Positions 32,501 through 40,470 of a stretch of DNA of 40,470 nucleotides are shown one piece after another. The stretch spans positions 1-40,470 of the forward strand of contig NIVC01003737.1 of NCBI GenBank assembly GCA_002269645.1. Reading direction: 5' to 3'. The translations under genes and the position numbers were made by a program. How positions within the stretch are numbered: the stretch's first letter is position 1; every line of letters begins with the position of its first letter. This stretch comes from Macrostomum lignano. Taxonomy: Eukaryota. The notes under the pieces were generated by a model. That model was not told where the DNA came from and did not search any database. It saw nothing but the letters and a program-made list of their open reading frames with translations.

Positions 32501-35500
32501 AAATATCAAAGCCAGACTCATGCGATACAGTGCTTGATGTTTTCGTGACTTAGATAGGTACAGAAAGTAACTGATTTGGATTAAGAATGAAATAACTTTC
32601 AAAGAGTGTTCTTCAATCGAGTTTTTTAATGTTTGAATATCTCTACGACAATCTACTTTCTCTCTAGACTACGTCGTATTTCATCGGTAAAAATTTAGGC
32701 TCTCCCTTCAAAGTAGGTTCATTCGATTGGCTAGGGTAAGATTCTGTAGATCCACAAAATTTCTTCCTAAAATATCATGCTAGTAAAACAAAAGAACTAA
32801 CTACTGACTTCATTATGAATCATATCCAACCGTTTCTTCAGTGGGTCCCTGCGCCCTAGACTTCACCAAGGTGAAGATGCTGGACCATTTCTACACAGAT
32901 CCAAGCGCTGATGAGCTGCTGCAGCGACATCGGATTCATACTCCGATTGGGAGTCCGAACTCTCCCAAAGCCTGTAGAACGCCGTCTCTAAAGGTAAGCC
33001 GCGTCTGTTTCTGAATATTTATCGATTGATTAACGATAAAGCTGGGCTCTAAATCCCCTATAAAGGGAGCAATTACGAGTATAACAACAGTTTTCGCAGC
33101 TAAGAAGTCGTCAAGACTCAGAGCTTAACCCTGAGGTAGCGTGTTTCTGCGCACTCATATCTCGGCTAGCCTCCAGCACGCTCAGGGTCCTAGCATAAAT
33201 AATTGATCAATCCTTTTTACTCTTTGTGTTCGCATTCGCGGATACGAGTATCGCGTCACGCGTATGTTTGCTTAATCGGTTCACAGGTTCGTAAGTAAAG
33301 GATTTGTTATGGGGTCATATGCACGGGAGTGAGGGAAGTGGGAGTAAAATTTGTACAGTCTGATTTAGGCATTTGGAAATAGCATAGCAATCTGTAAAAC
33401 TAAACACTGTTACATTTAAACCTGGATTTCAAATTTCCTTCGCTCTTATCTATAAACGATATTATTTCGGTACAAAAGGTTATACCGAATGTACTGAATA
33501 TAGCTAATATATCCAAACAGATGTCTATCTATAATGTCTCGGCTGTGGGTACGGCCTCATGTTTACCTGTCAGACTTAATTTTATCCCCTTTGCATATCC
33601 TCACCGCTCTGGTCGGTTCTCTCGTCCCGTCTCGCTACCCCACACTCCCTCGGCTCATTCCCTCCCCTTCTGAGCAGCATGCGTTTTGAGCACCTCGTTT
33701 GCCTTACCTCTCTACCCCAGCCGATATCCGTGTGGATGAATTTTAGGTCTCCAAAATCGGGAGCAGAATATTGGGTGTGTTTTTTCCTTCCAGTCTCCCC
33801 GGGTCTGCGCCAAACCGGCGTATCCACCTCGCCCCAGTCAGTCTTCATTTCAGAATTGCTGCACTTTATTGTTTGCCTGCGCGCCAGTTTCGCTCCAATA
33901 AATTTTTTTCGCATGCTTTCAGTTGACTTGCCTTTTTGTTTCTTGCGTTTGGGTCGGTTCACTCTTTCCAGAAGTCGCTCATTCAGTTTCTAAGCATGCA
34001 TGAGGACATGCTATGCATCAAGCTGCATTTAGACTTTAGCAATGTTCCAGGCAATATGTGCGAATAAAGCTACAATTGCATCGCAAACCTATCCAGAGGG
34101 GATTCAAAACTGTATTTAGAACTCAAATACAGCAGTTTGGAGACTATCCTGTCATTTTACAGACTTAGCCGTTGCACTGTGTAGATGAATTTTAGAATCC
34201 TACAGCGCAATACTCTATCAAAGATAAATGCGTTGATTTTAGACTAAAAAGGGGGATCGGCACAGGAACACGGACAGAAGAGCAAAGTGGAGCAGGTGTG
34301 CCCTCTGTCCGATGCGTGTTCAGTAGAATGAAGCAGAACCTGGACTTAATTCAATTAGTTAATTGGCAATTAAAAAGTAACCGGTTTTACAAGTAAAAGT
34401 CGTGTCTAATACATGAATTTTTACAGGAAGAAGTGGCTTGGCTTAAACGACTCTCCGGCTTGCTTTGTTCGGCAGAAAAAGTTGCAGAGATTAGCAGAGA
34501 GATTAACTACTTTACCGAGGTTTGCTTTTTATATTGGTTTTGGTTAGAACAATGGTGGAAGCCACGGTGTGTGTTCCCTAATTCGCTCATTTGTTGTTTT
34601 TAGTTGAGTTACAAAAATTTATAGGTGATTGGCTCGCTGTTTAAAAAAACACTTTTGTAGTTAAATTTCCTAATGATTGATTTTCTAAGCTTTTTAAAAA
34701 CATATTATTGAATAGTGAAATTGCAATTAGGAATTGGTCTGAAACTGAAGCCTTGAGGGAGATGAAACTCTATCGTTCTCGCGACTTATCTAATTAACTT
34801 GAGTACCCTCCTGGATTAGCTCAGCAGCTTGATTCACGCCATTAGGAGATTGCAAAGCTTTGGCCGTCACGCACACAAAACTAGCTAATTACTAATTAAA
34901 ATTCGTTCGGCTTCAAATTGATTACTGTTTTAGAAAGAATTTGTACTCACGCAAAGTCGCCTCCGTACTTGCAGTTGGCGATGTCGCTTGTGTTGACACT
35001 AGGGGCGTAGCCAAGGGGGGGGGCAGTGTCATCCCTTTCTGTGTTAGTAGCTTTGCCGTCCCTGCCGCGCTAGCGCCCAATCAAAGAAAATGGCGCGGTG
35101 TCCCAAGCCATGGTTGAAGTAACTACAAGTATTTAGACGTCTACTAAAACAGGTGAAGCCAGGTGAATTGCAACCTAATGCATAGATTGGTTAAACCATG
35201 TTTGGGCGCAACCTAGGGATTCACTCGGCCGTTTCTATAGGCAACACACACATGTAAGTCGCTATTGGACGGAATAGTAGTCACGTGACTGCTCTCAGCC
35301 AATAGCGACTTGCATGTGTGTGTTGCCAATAGAAACGGCCGAGTGATTCCCAAGGTTGCGCATGTATGGAAACCATCCGATTTTACTTCGCAGATCAAGC
35401 GTCACCCGTCAACGTCTAGCGAGGAGAGTTTAAACCGCTCCGCTCCAGCCTCCGCCAAGGAATACGTGGAGCTGCTGCATCAGAATACGCGGTCTCTGCT

Positions 35501-38500
35501 GCTATTCGGCAAGAACAATGTACAGTCACAGACTGCCAGTTTGACTAAACGAGTGGCTGGATACTTGTCATTGCACCAGGGTAACAGCGGTGAGTTCGAG
35601 TTTTAGGTCAGATTTTTATCGATTATCGCGCTCGCGAATGGAATTTACTGGTTATGTACTTTTACATCGATGATGAAAGAGAGGCAGAAAGTTCTCAGGC
35701 TTCAATACGAAATATTTTAGCACGCAGAAATGCACTTACAAAATGTGAGATTTTTTTGCTGAAAATGAGTACTTTCTAATTCAGTTTCTGATTTGATTCA
35801 CTCTCACGTGAGTCAGCGGGATGGCAGAACGGCCTCAAGTCATGTTTCAATTGATAACAGGACCTAAGTAATGTACTTTTATAGAGTTAAGCTGCAATAT
35901 CACACAGTATCAATTGTTTTACTAACACTAAAGTAATTGAAATGCGAGCTAGAAGTTATGTTTTGATCCGATTAGACGTATGGCTTCTATTCGTGCAGCC
36001 TTAAACAAAAGTAGTAGGTTTCTAAATACTGATGGATTACCCTTGACAGGAATAAGAAATGAATATTATTGAGATTTTTATAATACTATTATACTTTATC
36101 GCGGCATCGCAGCATCGCAGATCCGACCGTGAATGGATACCCTGCGTGTGAGTGAGCTAGGAAATTGCTTTTTGACTCTCCACCCATGCAGCTTCCCTAT
36201 CAGCCACTGCTCACTTCCCTTCTCCATCCAGACTTCGCTTGGTACTTCACTGGTTTAGTTAAGATAAGTGGGGCCGGCTTAATGGAGGGAAGAGAAAGAC
36301 TAGGGTCACTAAAATGGAACCGGCTGTCTAGAAGGCACGGCTTGCTTTTCTCTCGACTAGAGAAATAAACTAGTACTTGAATGAGAGAGAAGGCCATGGA
36401 TGCACTAGGTCTTGGAGCACTCACATCTCTTTTATTGGAGTTCCTTTCTCATATTCTCTTCATAGTTCTCAGTATGCTCGTAGCAGACAACACATCAAGC
36501 TTTGCAGATATGAACGTCATTTTATCGGTATTTGTCCCCAAAATCTTTCGATAATTTCTTTGCACATTACAAGACAGCTTTGCCTCTAGATGCTACTAAA
36601 GGCCCTTTACATTATGATAATGAAAAAATACTTTGTAAACTGGCAAAATTACTAGAAGAAACTAGGGCTCGTGGTTTTTTTATACAAAAAACCCTTTGTT
36701 GATGAATAATATTTCTATGGTAAAACCGCATTCGTATAATAGGAAAAAACAAAAAACGCATAAGATAAAACGCAGTACGTTACTTTCGCTTAGTTTCCGG
36801 TCGGCACCTGCAGTAATATCTTCTGATAGTTCTAATCTTAAAACTTTTACACCAATCTTCAATGAGACACATCAAAACTTTAGTTGCATATTAAAAATAC
36901 AAAATTTTGTGAGTTTCTCGACTTAGAGCTAAAATAGGAAAATAAGAAAATTCCTATCTAACCATTGTATTTTGACGAATCGCAATCTTTTACAGTACAC
37001 CCAGCTGTCTTTAGTTGAAAACACAAAGCAATTACGCTCGTAGTTTAAAGCTTCAAGTTCCGGTGCGAAGTCTTCTTGAATCATCGTCGAAAATTGCATA
37101 GTATTTATGCTACTATAAAGCTTAGAAACTATATGCTACCTGAGCTTAGATACCAAACCGTAGGACTTAAGTTTCGATACAACAATTGCATCCAAGTGCC
37201 AACCGCCCCAAAACCAACGCAGGCCTTGTTGTCAAATGGACGCCCAACGCTCTCATGCTCGGCGGCAGTGGTACCGGCGCTACAATCGGCAACGGGGGCG
37301 GCAGTGGCGGCGGTGGAGGCAATGGCGGAGGCAGTCCAGCTGACTTCAACGCTGCTGCCGCGGCTGCTGGGATGACGGCCTGGGTTCCAGCGAATGCTCC
37401 GCAGTCTCCGAGCGCCATGGGCTACTCGCCGCAGGCCAAGCGTCCTGTCTGGGCTCTGCAGCAGCAGCGAGCGTCTCCGCCGCCGCCTCCGCCCTCGTCG
37501 CCAATGAAAGCCGGGCATTCTAGCGGCGCCGGAACTGGCAGCGGCAGCGGCGGCGGCGGCGGAAGCAGCGACAGTCCGAACTCGCCAGCTTCAACTAGCA
37601 GCGAAATCTACGACGCGTGAGTACAGATTTCTTGAACTTGCTCTTGGAATCTTTCCCTTGGGTTTTGTTGGTCCGTTTTTTCATCTGCTGTTTTCTGAAC
37701 CCGGATGTAGTTTTTAGCATCTGTTGTTTCAAGTACATACTAGTAGATATCATTTTGACATCTGCTTTAGTAATCTGGGGGGTCATTTCGGCGTCTTTTG
37801 GTTTCCTAATCCATGTATTAGTCGAAAAAATGCATGAAATTCATTGGAAAAATTAGATTATAAATTGTCCAAAAATCGATGAAATTGCTTAAAAGCAAAA
37901 TGAAGCTTCAAAAGATCCTTGAGCAGGCGTGTCGTCTGTCGTGCTCGGGGTTGACAGTAGCGCAGCTGGGTGAGGGACGAGGTTAAAACAGTAGCAGCCG
38001 GCTGCGGGAAATTTAATTATGTCCGGGCCTCTTTGCACTGATTAGATTTTTTTCTCGTGGCAGCTACAAAATGAGGCCAGAATAGAAATCAAGGGCTATA
38101 ACGCAGTGCAGAAGCAGACAAGAAACAGGAAATGGAAGGGAGACGGCTCGAGGAGGCAAAGGAAGCGAGATTGATGTAGCGCCATATGCTTCTGGCCCAG
38201 ATTCTTCCGCCAGTAGCTGAGCATGTCTGCAAATATGATTTGCAGACATGTCTCTTTATTGTCTCAAAAAATATTTTGTTTGAACTGGCGTGACTCTATT
38301 TACTGTGTCCAAGGCCCTGACGGAGACTTATTCAGTGCGAGAGGAAGAATTCAACGTGAGAGTTCATGTATAGGAGAAATATTTTAGGCTGGACTCAGCC
38401 AAAGATTGCTCTTATGAGCGCGTTAGTGGCACCAGTATAGCAACTGGTAAATAATCAAGGTCTGAATAATCCTCGAATGCTCTTTGAGAGGCCTGCAGTA

Positions 38501-40470
38501 GAAACACAGTGAGGGAGCTGCGACCTCAAACAGTCGCAATTCAGGAGAGTAGATGCTGTACACAGCCCAAGGCGGTGGCGTAGGCAGGAATTTTAATTCG
38601 AGGAGGCCGCAGCCCGTTGGTGTCTTGGTGGGCGTCGCTGTCTCTTGGTGAGCACCTCTGTCTCTTGGTGGGCGTCCCTGTCTTTTAGTTAGTGCTCCTG
38701 TCCTTTGATTGGCGCCCCTGTCTTTTGATTGGCACCCCTATTCATGTATCGTAAGCCAGTGGATGCCAAGTCCTAAAACGAGGCAAAAGTTGAGCTCCTG
38801 TTATTATTCGAGCAGGATCATCAAGTATGCACTATTAAATTAGTTTTCCCTTCGCATTATTAACTTTACAACAGACGCTGGGAAGCAGCCATCACAGTGC
38901 ACGTGGAAGACATGGTGTACATACACTGCCACAGCAGCCAGACGGATGGCTCTTCGTTAGTTTTCGTCGCCCAGGACGGCACCCAGGTGCCGCCTTTGAT
39001 CTTTCCGCCTGGCGGCCACCTGCTGCAGTTTCTCACCTGCCTGGAGTCTGGCCTGCTTCCCAACGGTTCGCTGGATCCGCCGCTTTGGTCGCACAAGAAC
39101 AAAGGCAAAGTGTTCCCGCAGGTCAAACGGAAGAGCATTCTCAAGGTGGGAACTCATGATCTCTTGACTTAATATCATGGTTAAATAAATGTACTCTCAA
39201 AATTTGGCTACTTATGGCAATTTTTATTAATCTCTTATCCTAGAGATTTAGTATATGTAGACTAGCCATCTTAGCCCCCTCTGGTGGCCGCCGACGTTCG
39301 AAAATTAGCATTTTTATTAGATGATTAAATATGCTATTAAAAATTACAAATGAATTATATAATACATAACTAAATCTATCAACTCAGATGAGTACAATAA
39401 CAGAAAACATGTTTTTTACTTTAGCATCACAGCATTCCATTTTGAGTACCCAGAGCCTTGGCATCCTAGCATTCTCGATATTTCATCTCTTGCTTATTAA
39501 AAGGCGGACACTCTAAAGCTATACGACACATGCCTTAGACCCCATATCAAAATCCAGCTTGTCCTTAAGCCATAAGATGGCCAGAAAGATGTCGCCATGC
39601 TCTAGACTAAAGTCATATTTTTCAGTAAGACATAATTGCCCTAGGCTTGGATAAGGAAATCCGTGCCTTTCTGCAGGTAACATATAATATATACTGCAGA
39701 GAAAAATTACTGACATGTAGTCAGTAGGGCTGGCCATACACTATTGCTGCCACTCACTCTGCTATTCTCTTCACAAAGACTGTGCTGTACAATTATAATG
39801 TGTCTTGCATGTACATGTACCTTGCATATTTCATTCAGGGCAGCCCTGAAGTGAGCTCTAGTTCTGAACTGGAATTTAAACCAGTTTATTTCCAATTGTC
39901 TCCTCAACCCGCAGGACACGTTCCTAGCCGGGCTACTCAGCCAAGACGAAGACTCGGACACCAACGAACCCGGGGCCACCGGGGACGCCGCGGAGCCAGC
40001 CGCCGCGGCCGCACCCACAGATTTAGTGTTCCGCATTGTGTACCGCAACTCCAGATTCTCATTTGAGTCCACGGAGTCCAGCGCTAGCACTGATTCAGCG
40101 TTTCTCTGGCAGGATTCCAAGCAGCAGCAGATGCCGCAGACGCCGCAAAGTCAGCAACTTCAACGCAGGATGAGCATCCGTCGACTCTGCGACAGCATGC
40201 GCCGGCAGATTCTGTCGCGCGCTTTCTACGGCTGGTTGCGCACGTGCGTCATGCTCGGACGTGAAGCGACATCTTGCCAGTCTGCTGTGCGCCGGCCGGG
40301 AAAGCCTGGCAAGGCGGAGTCTTATCCACAGGGACTCACGCAGGAGATTCTGGCCAGAGGTCGGCGAGATGAAATTGTCAGGCCGTCTACTGGGGCGCTG
40401 CAGGCCGGAGCTGAGGAAGAAGGTTTGCTTTGGCTGAGGATGAAGATTTAGTTGATTAGTCAGTTAGTTA
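29581..40470 (+). CDS. SGSM: Small G protein signaling modulator 1/2-like (RUN + Rab-binding PH-like + start of TBC Rab-GAP), 3'-truncated
   Basis: Phase-consistent GT-AG exons: 29581-29887, 30149-30532, 32842-32993, 35394-35589, 37223-37616, 38875-39145, 39915->about 40440. Motifs: [78 protein letters not shown]...GKNNV...GYLSLHQ, KWTPN, HCH...QDG...[24 protein letters not shown]. Frameshifts appear after about 40238. Confidence 0.93.
31065..31620. repeat. C-rich/G-rich minisatellite (32-39-bp units) in SGSM intron 2
   Basis: Unit GATCCCAGTCCCGGCTCCCATCCCTGGGTCCC is perfect x3 at 31460-31555; flanking variants carry an extra GATCCCC. Confidence 0.93.
35206..35361. repeat. 156-bp near-perfect palindrome (MITE-like) in SGSM intron 3
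   Basis: Arms 35206-35268 and 35299-35361 (63 bp, 4 mismatches); central AGTCACGTGACT palindrome at 35279-35290. Confidence 0.93.
38573..38761 (+). repeat. CGGTGGCGTAGGC-ended element with six 20-bp tandem units (38621-38740)
   Basis: Units such as TCTCTTGGTGGGCGTCCCTG recur at exact 20-bp periodicity; degenerate right end CGTAAGCCAGTG at 38750-38761. Confidence 0.65.

Noticed and set aside
33125-33188. piggyBac-like mini-element (TTAACCCTGAG...CTCAGGGT)
   Set aside because: Only an 8-bp inverted match and no right-hand TTAA.
38621-38740. CRISPR-like 20-bp repeats
   Set aside because: Head-to-tail tandem units without spacers.

Overview
Eukaryotic (animal) genomic DNA with spliceosomal GT-AG introns. 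Codon style, poly-Gln/Ala tracts, microsatellite load and the indel pattern suggest the flatworm Macrostomum lignano or similar; this is inference and not verified. Four host genes are present: (1) the 3' part of a RADIL-like gene (RA-FHA-DIL-PDZ, +, <1-5104), heavily frameshifted; (2) an intact two-exon IQCH gene (+, 7717-10861) with an upstream RFX X-box; (3) a divergent, intronless Na+/K+-ATPase beta-subunit-like gene (-, 14405-15425); (4) the 5' part of an SGSM1/2 (RUN-TBC Rab-GAP) gene (+, 29581->40470). Between them lies a young full-length Ty3/gypsy LTR retrotransposon (21704-26899) with 165-bp LTRs differing at 1 nt, a GGTG TSD, a tRNA-Leu PBS, a PPT and a canonical G_GGA_AAC + H-type pseudoknot -1 frameshift signal. 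Also present are a complete tRNA-derived SINE with TSD (19894-20264, -), two fold-back/MITE-like inverted repeats, a G-quadruplex-prone minisatellite and several micro/minisatellites. Nearly all coding frameshifts are repaired by adding one base to a short homopolymer, which points to long-read consensus error rather than pseudogenisation. No CRISPR arrays, rRNA or true tRNA genes were seen, and I found no clearly novel protein-coding system.
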